Shown here piece by piece: positions 7,753-16,974 of a stretch of 64,000 nucleotides of DNA. Within the stretch, counting starts at the first letter, position 1; each line of letters begins with the position of its first letter. Source of the DNA: Candidatus Lindowbacteria bacterium RIFCSPLOWO2_12_FULL_62_27 (GTDB lineage: Bacteria > Lindowbacteria > 2-12-FULL-62-27); the NCBI GenBank assembly GCA_001784175.1, contig MFPR01000004.1, forward strand, positions 248,001 to 312,000, written 5' to 3'. The notes beneath the pieces were generated by a model that worked only from the letters and a program-made list of their open reading frames with translations, was not told the origin of the DNA and ran no database searches. The translations under genes were made by a program, and so were the position numbers.

Positions 7753-8505
7753 ATGGGCCACCCTCACCCCGACCCTCTCCCGCCAATGGCGGGAGAGGGG
7801 GAGAGTAGCACGCTGATCATTCCGGCGCACAATGAAGCGCGGATCATCGAGGAATCGATCCGGGCCGTCCGCGCGGCCCTGGCGGGGTGCGGGCGGCCGT
7901 GGGAGATTCTGATCGTGGACGACGGGTCGACGGACGGAACGGCCGAGCGAGCGGCGGCGGCGCTCGGCGACGCCGGGCGCGTCGCGCGGCTGGCGCCGAA
8001 CCGGGGCAAGGCCGGCGCGATCGTGGCGGGCGTTCAGGCCTGTGTGACGGAGCGGCTCGTTTTCACGGATGCGGACCTGTCGGTGCCGCCGGAATTTTTC
8101 GAGCCGGCCGCCGCGAAGCTCGACGCGGCCGACGTCGTGATCGGCTCGCGGCACCTGCCGGGCTCGAGGCTGGTCCGGCGCCAGCCGTGGCTCAGGGAGC
8201 GGTGCGGGGAAACATTCCGTATTCTCGTCCAACGATTTTTTCTGCCGCAGATCACGGATTTCACGTGCGGCCTGAAGGGATTCCGGACCGCCGCCGCCCG
8301 GAAGTTGTTCGACGGCCTGGCCTGCCTCGACTGGACGTTCGACGTGGAGGTGCTTCTGCGGGCGGAGCGGGCCGGCCTGCTGATTGCCGAGATGCCGGTG
8401 TCGTGGATCAACCGGCCGGACTCGCATGTGCGGCTGGTCTCCGCCATTGCCGGATCTCTCCGGTCGCTGTGGCGGCTCGGGAGTATTTATGGCTGGAGGA
8501 GGTGA
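7753..8505 (+). CDS. GT2 polyprenol-phosphate glycosyltransferase (Dol-P-Glc/Man synthase-like)
   Basis: IIPAHNE, VDDGSTDGT, NRGKAGAI, FTDADLS, IGSR, DFTCGLKGF, FDVEVL. Confidence 0.92.
   Translation: MGHPHPDPLPPMAGEGESSTLIIPAHNEARIIEESIRAVRAALAGCGRPWEILIVDDGSTDGTAERAAAALGDAGRVARLAPNRGKAGAIVAGVQACVTERLVFTDADLSVPPEFFEPAAAKLDAADVVIGSRHLPGSRLVRRQPWLRERCGETFRILVQRFFLPQITDFTCGLKGFRTAAARKLFDGLACLDWTFDVEVLLRAERAGLLIAEMPVSWINRPDSHVRLVSAIAGSLRSLWRLGSIYGWRR
7761..7800. repeat. CCCTCACCCC..CCCTCTCCC-N-GGGAGAGGG palindromic repeat inside CDS start
   Basis: Same family at 24146-24263, 25539-25656, 44666-44704. Confidence 0.75.
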
Positions 8506-8511
8506 ATTACC

Positions 8512-10980
8512 ATGGAGCTTCTTGAATATTTATTGAACCAGCCGCCCTCCGTTTCGGTCATCCTCGGCACGGCCTTGTTTGCGGGTCTGTTCTTTTTGAC
8601 GCGCGCGGCCTCCTCGCTGTCCCGGCTCGTCTTTGCTTCGATCCTCATCGAGATCGCCGTCGTCACGCTCCATTACTCGAGCCTGTTCATGGACATTCTC
8701 ATCATCAAAGACGTCGTCTTTCAGGCCGTCAATTTCGCGATGTTTCTCCTCTGGCTCGCCCATTTCGCCGACCGGTCCACGTTTCGGGTGACGCCCACGC
8801 CGCTCAATGGCGCGGTCTTCGTTTTTTTCTGGCTCGGCATCTTGGGGGCCTTCGCGGCGCCCCGGCCATTCTGGTATTACGCGGCGGAGTGGGCCGTGCG
8901 GTTCGCCGCGGCCGTCCTGTTTTTTTATCTCATCGTCACGTTCCTCGACACGCGCCGCCGCTGGGACATCGCGCTTCACACGTACGTGGCGATGGTCCCG
9001 ATCACGTCAATTTACGCCATTCTTCAGATGCAGGGGCTGGGGGCGGAGAGATGGGGACAGGTTCTCAAAGACGCGACGTTCGGAAACAAGGATTTTTTCG
9101 CGTCGTTTCTCACCTATACCACGCCGGTCGCGCTGTGCCTGGGCGTAGGCGCGCGCCGGGCGGCCGGCGCGGCGGGATACGGCCTCATGGCGCTCCTGGG
9201 ACTCTACAACATCTGGGTGGGCGAGACGCGCGGGGCATGGCTGGGGATGATGGTGTTTTTCGTGCTGCTGGCGTGGTTCGAATGCCGGTTCGGCCGGCTG
9301 AGGGAGTGGGTGGCCGGGCGCCGGAAACTGCTCGTGGGCGTGGGGCTGGCGGCGCTCCTCGCCGTTTTTCTCAGCCTCGCGGTCATGTCGGCGCACCGGC
9401 GGGCGACGCTGCAGTCGATTTTCCAGGTTCGCGAGGGGACGAACATCATCCGGGTCTACATGTGGTGGGGCGCGGCGCGGATGCTGTGGGACAACCCGTG
9501 GTTCGGACAGGGGCTGGGGACTTCCTACGTCACCTTTCCGTTTTTCCGGCCCGACCGATACCGGCGGGTGGGGATGGCGCCGAGCACCGATTATGTGCAT
9601 TCGGAGCCCATGCAATTTTTGTGCGAGCAGGGAATCCTGGGATTTTCGGGATGGATGGCGCTCCTCGTCGTGTTTCTCACGATGGCCTACCGGCGGCTCC
9701 AACGGATGGAAGATGTGGCGGACCGGTACGCGCTGTTCGGTCTGGCGGGCGGATTTGCCGGCGCGGTGATTCACGACTCGCTGAACGTCAATCTGCGCTA
9801 CACGACGAGCATGCTGGCCTTCTGGGGATCGATGGGGCTGGCCGCGAGATTGGTGATTGGGTTTGAGCCGGAGATCAGAAAGCAGACGATGCAGGAAATC
9901 CGCCGGCGGGCCGAAGCCGTTACGGCGGCCGGCCACGCCCTGCGGCACTTTGTGATTGTGCCGGCGGCCCTGGCCGCATTTGCGTTTATGGTCTATTGCC
10001 AGTTCCGGGTGCTCCAAGGCAACTGGCTGTTCAAAAAAGCCATGCTTGGCGGCAACCGCGCCATTGCGTCGATTCCCCTCGGAACGAAGGCGCTGCAGTC
10101 GAACCCCTACTGCCCCCCGGGGGCCTACGCGCTCGCAAACGCCTATAACAGCGCGCAGGACTCCGCGGCGGCCATCGTTGCATACCGAACCACGATGCGG
10201 TTGGCGCCAAATTACAGTCATGTGCATCACAACAATGCCGTCAACTTCATGAACCTGCACCTCGCGACAAATCAGATGAAGTATCTGTACGAGGCGGGTC
10301 TGGAATATGAGGCCACCGCCGCCATGAACAACGACCTCGAGCCGCGCACGAACGCCGTCCGCCTGTATCGTGTCTTCATGCGCAACGATGCGCGCGCCCT
10401 GCATCACAACCAGTTCAAATACTGGCTGTCCCTCGAGGACGCCCACTTCAGCCATTCGCTGTTCTGGCGCGGCTGGAGCTGGGGCTACGGCAAGTATCCC
10501 GACCTCATTCATTACCAGTATCTGTTCGCCGCCTACCTTCAGTCGGGTGAAACGGCGCTGCAGGACTACTGGATCCATCGCGCCGAATTTGTCCAGAAAA
10601 ACGGCCGGCCGGTGGAGGATGTCCGATATACGATCAAAATGGCCGCGGGATTCATGCCGCAGAGACTGGATATCCTCCAACCCATTCTCGGCGGACTCGC
10701 AGGCATGGCCGAGCCGGAGACCGATCTTTTGTATCTGATCCGCATCCTCGAGAGCCTCCGGCCCGAACATCTGCCGCCGTCCCTTTGTCAGGGCATCGGG
10801 GATAAACTGGCTCAGGCGTCCAAGAACCGTGTCGACTCGCCGCTCCTCGATTATGCGATGGGCGTCCTGGCGCACCGCATGGGCGCGCGGGATGCGTCCG
10901 CCATGTTTTTCACATTGGCGCGGGAAAAAGCCGGGGATCGATATGGAAGGATCATGCGCGGGATCGGGAAATACGACTAA
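8512..10980 (+). CDS. O-antigen ligase / O-oligosaccharyltransferase-like (Wzy_C) membrane protein with TPR region
   Basis: Many TM segments; ATFGNKDFFAS, TRGAWLG, IRVYMW..DNPWFGQGLG, VHSEPMQFLCEQGILG. Confidence 0.85.
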   Translation: MELLEYLLNQPPSVSVILGTALFAGLFFLTRAASSLSRLVFASILIEIAVVTLHYSSLFMDILIIKDVVFQAVNFAMFLLWLAHFADRSTFRVTPTPLNGAVFVFFWLGILGAFAAPRPFWYYAAEWAVRFAAAVLFFYLIVTFLDTRRRWDIALHTYVAMVPITSIYAILQMQGLGAERWGQVLKDATFGNKDFFASFLTYTTPVALCLGVGARRAAGAAGYGLMALLGLYNIWVGETRGAWLGMMVFFVLLAWFECRFGRLREWVAGRRKLLVGVGLAALLAVFLSLAVMSAHRRATLQSIFQVREGTNIIRVYMWWGAARMLWDNPWFGQGLGTSYVTFPFFRPDRYRRVGMAPSTDYVHSEPMQFLCEQGILGFSGWMALLVVFLTMAYRRLQRMEDVADRYALFGLAGGFAGAVIHDSLNVNLRYTTSMLAFWGSMGLAARLVIGFEPEIRKQTMQEIRRRAEAVTAAGHALRHFVIVPAALAAFAFMVYCQFRVLQGNWLFKKAMLGGNRAIASIPLGTKALQSNPYCPPGAYALANAYNSAQDSAAAIVAYRTTMRLAPNYSHVHHNNAVNFMNLHLATNQMKYLYEAGLEYEATAAMNNDLEPRTNAVRLYRVFMRNDARALHHNQFKYWLSLEDAHFSHSLFWRGWSWGYGKYPDLIHYQYLFAAYLQSGETALQDYWIHRAEFVQKNGRPVEDVRYTIKMAAGFMPQRLDILQPILGGLAGMAEPETDLLYLIRILESLRPEHLPPSLCQGIGDKLAQASKNRVDSPLLDYAMGVLAHRMGARDASAMFFTLAREKAGDRYGRIMRGIGKYD

Positions 10981-12560
10981 TGCCGGAAATCGTAGATGTA
11001 GATCGAGTATCCGACGTGGGCGGTTGGACGGAAACGCTCGAGCCAGTCCCAGCGCGGATCGCGCAACCGCACCGACTGTTTTTTCAGCCAGACCACCCGG
11101 TGCGCGCTTAACGCATACACCGCCGGTTTCGGCGAAAGGTATTCCTCTTCGGTGACGATGGCGTGGCGCAGCCCATAGTGGGCTGCCCGTTCGGGCGCGC
11201 CGACGTCCTCTTTCGGCATCCGGACTTCATCGATCCCGAGCTCTTTCAGGCGCTCCGACAGGCGGGGCAGTCCCTGCCCCCAGTCGACGTTGCACTCGTC
11301 GAGCCTTCGGACGCCCGCCGCCGGGCCGCCGGCGGCCTCATTGAAAAAGGAAAGAGGGTGAGGATAGACGGAGATCGCGCTCACGACGAGCCAGAGCGCA
11401 GGCGCGCCGATTAGAAATTTTTTAAGCTTACCCGGCGCTTCCAGCCTCACGAGTTGGGACGCGAGCAGGATGAGGAACGGATAGACCGGAAGGATCCGGC
11501 GATTGCAGACGTTGTACGTGTCGAAGGCCGCCGCCGCAAACATGCAGAGGACCGGCGCGAGGATGAACCCGAGGGGGTGGACAGCGAGGGAGCAGCGGCG
11601 GCGGAGCGCAAGAACCAGGCACAGAACCAGGAGGAGGGGCAGGGGCGTTTTCATGAGGAAGGTCAACCCATAGTAATAGGGAACCGGCCGGTCGAAGACC
11701 CTGCCGAGCAGATAGGATTGATAGAGTCCGGGCGGCACGTTCACGGAGTAGACCTGCGCGGCCCCGCGAAGATAATTCATCGGATTGAATCCAGGCTGGC
11801 TGACCGTGACAACGGCGGCGGCCACGAGAAGTCCGAGCCCGATCTGGCCGAGCCACGATGGCGATATCGCCTTCCTTCCGCCCCGTGCGCCCTTTGACCA
11901 TTCAAACCACACGATCCCGGCGGCGAGCGCCGGCGCCATGACCAGCGCGGTGTACTTGGAGATCAGGGCCAGGCCCGCGGCGAGGCCCGCGACGAACGCG
12001 CGGCGCCAAGTGGGTTGTTCGAGCCAGCGCCAGACGGCGAAGGCCGCGATGAACACCGTCGCCGTGCAGAGCATGTCCCACGCCGCGACCCGGCTGTGCG
12101 TCAGAAGGTTCGGCTCGAAGGCCATGAGGAAAACAGCAAAGGCGCCGGCCAACGGGCCGCCGAGCCGAGCCGCCCAAAGATAGAGGCACAACCCCATCAG
12201 GCACGCCGAGAGGAGGACGCTCAGGCGGCAGTAAAACAGGATGCGATCGGGATCGTTGTGAACGTAGAGGAACGCGTAGCCATAATCGGATTCGGAGTTG
12301 TACGCGTCCGGCGAGTAAGGCGGCACGCGGGGTTTCATGCAGAGGAGCGCGGGCGCGTTGAGCCACGTATGGAGCGGCGGCGCGTAATCGGCCACGCGCC
12401 AGTCGCCGTTGAAGAGCCGGAGCGCGTCCGACGCGATCGCCAGGCCTTCGTCCCACGTGTCGGACTCGGACCGCATGGCGGTGAAGGACTGAAGGAAAAA
12501 CGCGAGCAGGCAGGCGCCGGCGCAGATGCGTGTGGCGGCCGGGCGGGTCGTTGAGTCCAT
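10977..12560 (-). CDS. ArnT/PMT-like (GT83/GT39) lipid-carrier-dependent glycosyltransferase
   Basis: TWDE motif, PPL, EPNLLTHS, GLALISKYTAL, KTPLP, DWGQGL; paralog of 40834-42693. Confidence 0.85.
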   Translation of the reverse strand: MDSTTRPAATRICAGACLLAFFLQSFTAMRSESDTWDEGLAIASDALRLFNGDWRVADYAPPLHTWLNAPALLCMKPRVPPYSPDAYNSESDYGYAFLYVHNDPDRILFYCRLSVLLSACLMGLCLYLWAARLGGPLAGAFAVFLMAFEPNLLTHSRVAAWDMLCTATVFIAAFAVWRWLEQPTWRRAFVAGLAAGLALISKYTALVMAPALAAGIVWFEWSKGARGGRKAISPSWLGQIGLGLLVAAAVVTVSQPGFNPMNYLRGAAQVYSVNVPPGLYQSYLLGRVFDRPVPYYYGLTFLMKTPLPLLLVLCLVLALRRRCSLAVHPLGFILAPVLCMFAAAAFDTYNVCNRRILPVYPFLILLASQLVRLEAPGKLKKFLIGAPALWLVVSAISVYPHPLSFFNEAAGGPAAGVRRLDECNVDWGQGLPRLSERLKELGIDEVRMPKEDVGAPERAAHYGLRHAIVTEEEYLSPKPAVYALSAHRVVWLKKQSVRLRDPRWDWLERFRPTAHVGYSIYIYDFRH

Positions 12561-12590
12561 GCGAGGACTTTAACACAGAGAATACAGGAT

Positions 12591-12619
12591 TTGCCATTTT
12601 GCGGGCTTCCATCTAGAAT
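12591..12619 (+). promoter_or_regulatory. sigma70 promoter TTGCCA-N17-TAGAAT for polX (leaderless-type)
   Basis: ATG 8 nt downstream of the -10. Confidence 0.7.
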
Positions 12620-12627
12620 CGGGGACG

Positions 12628-14307
12628 ATGGAGAATCCGCAGGTGTCGGAGTTGTTGTCGGAGATTGGCGTGGTACTCGAGCTATTGGGCGAGAACACAT
12701 TCAAGGTGCGGGCCTATGAGAACGCCGCGCGCGCCGTGGACGCTTACACGGGCCGGATCGCGGAGCTGGACGAGAAACAGCTTCAGGAAATTTCCGGGAT
12801 CGGCAAGGGGCTTGCCGAGAAAATCCACATGTACTGTTCGATCGGGTATCTTCCCTATTACGAGGATCTGAAGAAGAAAATTCCGCGGGGGCTGGTGGAA
12901 ATGCTGAGAATCCCATCCCTCGGGCCGAAACGGGCCAAGCTGCTGTTTGACAAACTGAAGATCGACTCCGTCGCGGCGCTGGAGACGGCCTGCGCGGAGG
13001 GGCGGCTCGCGGCGCTGGAGGGATTTGGCGAGAAATCGCAGGCAAAAATCATGGAAGGGATCCGGATGCTCTCCACGTTCCGCGACCAGCACCTCCTGGC
13101 GGAGGTTCTGCCGCTGGCGGAGCGGCTGGTGGCGCATTTAAAAAAATGCAAGGCCGTCCGGCGCATTGAAATTGCCGGGTCGATCCGGCGGCGAAAGAAG
13201 CTGGTGAAGGACCTGGACATTGTGGTGAGTTCGGACCGCCCGGGCGACGTGTCCGAGGCTTTTGTCGGCGCCGACGGCGTGACGGAAGTGATCGCGCGCG
13301 GTGACACGAAAACGAGCGTGCGGCTGGCCGACAAAATCCAGGCGGACCTCCGGGTGGTGGCGGACGACGAATTCCCGTACGCGCTCCATCATTTCACCGG
13401 GTCCAAGGCCCACAACATTGCGCTGCGAAGTTTGGCGAAGGACCGCGGGCTCAAGATCAGCGAGTACGGGGTGTTCAAGGGGAAGAAGAGAATCGCGGCG
13501 AAGGACGAGGAATCGTTTTTCAAAATTTTCGGGCTTGCCTTCATCCCGCCGGAACTTCGGGAAGACCGCGGAGAGATTGCGGCGGCGGCCGAGGGCGGCC
13601 TGCCGGACCTCGTGACCGATCGGGACATCAAGGGCATTTTGCACGTTCACACGAACTGGAGCGACGGCATGGCGGACCTCGAGGTGATGGTGAAGGAGGC
13701 GGCGCGGCGCGGGTATCAGTATATCGCCATCACCGACCACTCCCAAACGTCATACTACGCGAAGGGCCTGCCGGTGGAGCGGCTGAAAAAGCAGATGGCG
13801 GAAATTGCGGCGATCAACAAGAAGCGTCCCGGCATCCGGGTCCTGGCCGGCAGCGAGGTCGACATTCTGCCGGACGGCCGTCTCGATTACGACGACGATC
13901 TACTGGCGAGCCTCGACGTCGTGATCGCGGCCGTCCACAGCCATTTCGGGATGAAACCCGACGAGATGACGAAACGCATCTGCCGGGCGCTCGAACATCC
14001 CGAGGTCGACATCCTGGCGCATCCCACCGGCCGGCTCCTGCTCACGCGGCCGGGCTACGAGTTCGACTGGGAGGCGGCGCTGAAGTGCGCGGCGCGGCAC
14101 GGCAAGAGCGTGGAACTCAACGCCAATCCGCAGCGGCTGGACATCGATCCGGTCCATGCCAAACGCGCGGCGCAGCTTGGCGTCAAAATCAGCATCAATC
14201 CCGACGCGCACCGGGTCGAGGGACTGGACGACATGCGGTACGGCGTGTGGGCGGCGCGGCGCGGGTGGCTGGGCCGGAAGGATATTATCAATACGGAGAA
14301 TTGGTGA
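12628..14307 (+). CDS. polX: DNA polymerase X / PHP 3'-5' exonuclease
   Basis: HhH GIGKG/LGPKR, AGSIRR..KDLD, HFTGSKAHN, PPELRED, PHP HVHTNWSDG, TDHS, AHPTGR, DAH. Confidence 0.97.
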   Translation: MENPQVSELLSEIGVVLELLGENTFKVRAYENAARAVDAYTGRIAELDEKQLQEISGIGKGLAEKIHMYCSIGYLPYYEDLKKKIPRGLVEMLRIPSLGPKRAKLLFDKLKIDSVAALETACAEGRLAALEGFGEKSQAKIMEGIRMLSTFRDQHLLAEVLPLAERLVAHLKKCKAVRRIEIAGSIRRRKKLVKDLDIVVSSDRPGDVSEAFVGADGVTEVIARGDTKTSVRLADKIQADLRVVADDEFPYALHHFTGSKAHNIALRSLAKDRGLKISEYGVFKGKKRIAAKDEESFFKIFGLAFIPPELREDRGEIAAAAEGGLPDLVTDRDIKGILHVHTNWSDGMADLEVMVKEAARRGYQYIAITDHSQTSYYAKGLPVERLKKQMAEIAAINKKRPGIRVLAGSEVDILPDGRLDYDDDLLASLDVVIAAVHSHFGMKPDEMTKRICRALEHPEVDILAHPTGRLLLTRPGYEFDWEAALKCAARHGKSVELNANPQRLDIDPVHAKRAAQLGVKISINPDAHRVEGLDDMRYGVWAARRGWLGRKDIINTENW

Positions 14308-14323
14308 TAGAGTAGCGACTGCG

Positions 14324-15100
14324 ATGCCGAAGATCATGCTGGTGGATCAGGACCGCGAATTGTTCGGTCTTTTGACGGAGCGGCTGAAAGAATATCGGAT
14401 CGAGGTGATCCATGCGGAGACGGGCGGAGATGGATTCAAGCGCGCGGTCCGCGACCGGCCGGACGTGATCATCCAGGAACTGGCCCTGCCCGACATCAGC
14501 GGGTTTTACCTCCTCGAAAAAATCAGGACCACCGAAAGCACGGGGCACATTCCCGTGATCGTGCTGACGCACCGCAAGGACGCGAAGCTGGAAGAGCGCG
14601 TGAAGCAGTACGGGGTCAGCCTTTTTGTGCGGAAGCCCTATCCCGTGCGGACGTTCATCGCCCGCGTCAAGGACCTGGTGGCGCAGCCCCACGCGCGGGA
14701 AACGGCGCCCAGGGCGACGGCCATCCCGACGCCGTCCGCCGTCTATCGCCTGGTGACGGAGCGCCTCGAAGTGGAAGTGCGAACCGACCATTACCTGATG
14801 CGGGGCCTGTCGAGCGGGATCAACGAGAACGGCATGGGGGCCCACGTGAACGTCCTGGAGAAACAGACCGAGGACGCGCCGGCGCTCGAGGCGGGGCAGC
14901 CCTGCACCGTGTATTTCCGGTCCATCAAGTATCCGCTGGTTCCGTGCCAGGGTCAGATTCTGAGGCTGGAGGAAAGCTGGGACCGGCGATACCGTCAGTT
15001 CGTGGCCATCAAGTTCCTGGACGAGGAATCGGGCGGCATGCCGAACGCTGACCGCCAGTCTCTGCGGGAGTGGATTGAGGCTCAGATCAAGCTCGGGTAG
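14324..15100 (+). CDS. Atypical receiver domain plus PilZ-like C-terminal domain
   Basis: KIMLVDQD..PDVIIQELALPDISG..IPVIVLT..KPY receiver fold; C-terminal GINENGMG..GQILR..VAIKF beta-barrel pattern. Confidence 0.7.
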   Translation: MPKIMLVDQDRELFGLLTERLKEYRIEVIHAETGGDGFKRAVRDRPDVIIQELALPDISGFYLLEKIRTTESTGHIPVIVLTHRKDAKLEERVKQYGVSLFVRKPYPVRTFIARVKDLVAQPHARETAPRATAIPTPSAVYRLVTERLEVEVRTDHYLMRGLSSGINENGMGAHVNVLEKQTEDAPALEAGQPCTVYFRSIKYPLVPCQGQILRLEESWDRRYRQFVAIKFLDEESGGMPNADRQSLREWIEAQIKLG

Positions 15101-15106
15101 AACTCC

Positions 15107-16363
15107 TCAGACAATTTCATCCATCGGAACGAACAGCGCCGGAACATTCAGTTCATCGGCCGTGAGCGATCCGTGATTGGCGACTGAAAATCTTAGATAT
15201 TTTTCCTCTTTCGGCGGGGTGAACTCCACCCGCAGTTTCACGCCGGCGTGGAGGAGCAGCGTGTAATCTCCCAGCCGGCGCGCGTGGGCCGGAAGCGGTC
15301 CGGCGCCGCCGGCCAGCCGCCAGGACGTATGGCGCGGGACGACCGTGGCCTTGCCGCGGCATTTCAGGGCCAGCCACTTCTCAAGCGCGGGGTTCGGGAA
15401 GGCGCTCGAGTAGACATGGCCAAGCCGGCCGGAGGTTCCGAGGGCGACGAGTCCGGCGGTTTTTTTCTGCCGTTCAATTTCCATGTATGGAAAATGCAGG
15501 ATTCGGCCGGGCTGAAACACATTCTGGCCGTGATCGGACACCAGCGCGAAAAGCGTGCGGCGCTGGACGGCCCGGGGCAGGTGGCCGGCCAGCCACGCCA
15601 CGCCCTGTTCGATGTTGCGGATGGAAAACATGGCCTGGCTGGATTCGCCTCCGAATTTGTGCGTGCTTTCGTCCACGCCGTGCTGATAGAAATTGACGAT
15701 CCCGGCGCCGGCGCGGAGATAGTATTCGGCCTTTGCGAGACCCTCGATGTACTCGTCGTATCCTTCCCTCCGCATGTGGTCAGGGTAAATCATGTCCGAA
15801 ATGCCGGAGTGGATGATCGGGTGGGGCGAAATGTGGACGGCGCGGCGATTCCCAAGAAAGGTTTTGTCGAAGAGGGGCGGAACGCGCAGCCAGTGTTTGA
15901 TCGGCAGGCGGACGGACGTGAGCGGCCGGCCGACGCCGGGGATCTCCATTTTCAGGACGTCGACGAGCGTCCGGATCTCGTCGAAATAAATTTTGTGCCC
16001 CAAAATCCCGTGACGCGCCGGCGGCAGGCCCGTGTAGATCGAGCAGAGCGCCGTGCTGGTGATGGAGGGGAAGACAGACGTGAGGGCCAGTCCATGGGAT
16101 TTCAGGAGCCGGGCGAAAAGCCCGCCGCTTTTTTTGCAGGCTTCCAATCCGAGCGAATCGAGAAAATAAAAAAGGAGCCGGTCGAATTTCCGGCCGGCGC
16201 CGGAGGCGCTGATCCGGCCGGACAGCCACGGAATGTCCAGCGCGGCATAGGGTCTCGGCAGTTTGACGCCGAGCGCGCGCAGGGCCGTGGGAAGGACCAT
16301 GCAGATGCTATGGGGATAGTCCGGCGGGATCTGGCCGGGGCCGGGCGCCTGGACCGGATTCAT
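15107..16363 (-). CDS. Alkaline phosphatase superfamily / type I phosphodiesterase-nucleotide pyrophosphatase
   Basis: DSLG, SVFPSITSTA, HGILG, DESTH, SDHG, NHGSL. Confidence 0.85.
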   Translation of the reverse strand: MNPVQAPGPGQIPPDYPHSICMVLPTALRALGVKLPRPYAALDIPWLSGRISASGAGRKFDRLLFYFLDSLGLEACKKSGGLFARLLKSHGLALTSVFPSITSTALCSIYTGLPPARHGILGHKIYFDEIRTLVDVLKMEIPGVGRPLTSVRLPIKHWLRVPPLFDKTFLGNRRAVHISPHPIIHSGISDMIYPDHMRREGYDEYIEGLAKAEYYLRAGAGIVNFYQHGVDESTHKFGGESSQAMFSIRNIEQGVAWLAGHLPRAVQRRTLFALVSDHGQNVFQPGRILHFPYMEIERQKKTAGLVALGTSGRLGHVYSSAFPNPALEKWLALKCRGKATVVPRHTSWRLAGGAGPLPAHARRLGDYTLLLHAGVKLRVEFTPPKEEKYLRFSVANHGSLTADELNVPALFVPMDEIV

Positions 16364-16659
16364 CGTTTTGCGCGGGGGGCCGTTTCCGTGTCCGAAAGGA
16401 CTTCTTCGCCGGGCGCCACCATTCCAAAGCGGTTTCTCACTTCGCGTTCAATGGTCGCCGGGTCCGTTTCGAGTTTTCGGACTCTCTCCCGAAGCGTGTC
16501 GGCCTCGCGGCGGAGCTGAAAGATCTGCTCTTCGAGTTCCTCGACCTCGCTCTCGAAGACCCTGCTTTTTTTCTTGTAGATCATGAAATCCCGCGCGACG
16601 ACGAGGAAGGCGAGGATGAGGAGCGTGTTGAGAACCAGTTTGAGTTTTCCGGCGCCCAC
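16360..16659 (-). CDS. ftsB: Septum formation initiator (FtsB/DivIC family)
   Basis: TM + coiled coil + DPATIEREVRNRFGMVAPGE. Confidence 0.8.
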   Translation of the reverse strand: MGAGKLKLVLNTLLILAFLVVARDFMIYKKKSRVFESEVEELEEQIFQLRREADTLRERVRKLETDPATIEREVRNRFGMVAPGEEVLSDTETAPRAKR

Positions 16660-16666
16660 GGCCCGA

Positions 16667-16960
16667 TCACCCGCGGCGGAGCAGCCGGCTCAGCCACGTT
16701 CCCGGAAGGCGCGCGATGGTGAAGAGGTAGGCCGCCGTGCAGGACACGGCCAGCACGCGGCAGGTCACGATCACGGAAACGGCGGTGTTCGGGAAATTCG
16801 GACAGATGCGCTGGAACTTGAAATAGTAAATGACCGAGAGGAAAACGAAGGTGCCGCTGAGAAGGAAGTAATAGTACTTTCGCCGGACGACAGCCAGGAC
16901 GGTGAAGGCGAGGAAGTGGATGATGAACGCGAAGAGGAGAAAGCCGAACAGGATGTGCAT
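16667..16960 (-). CDS. Small hypothetical membrane protein (3 TM)
   Basis: Hydrophobic ORF in operon context. Confidence 0.55.
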   Translation of the reverse strand: MHILFGFLLFAFIIHFLAFTVLAVVRRKYYYFLLSGTFVFLSVIYYFKFQRICPNFPNTAVSVIVTCRVLAVSCTAAYLFTIARLPGTWLSRLLRRG

Positions 16961-16974
16961 TCGCGGCAGCGGCG

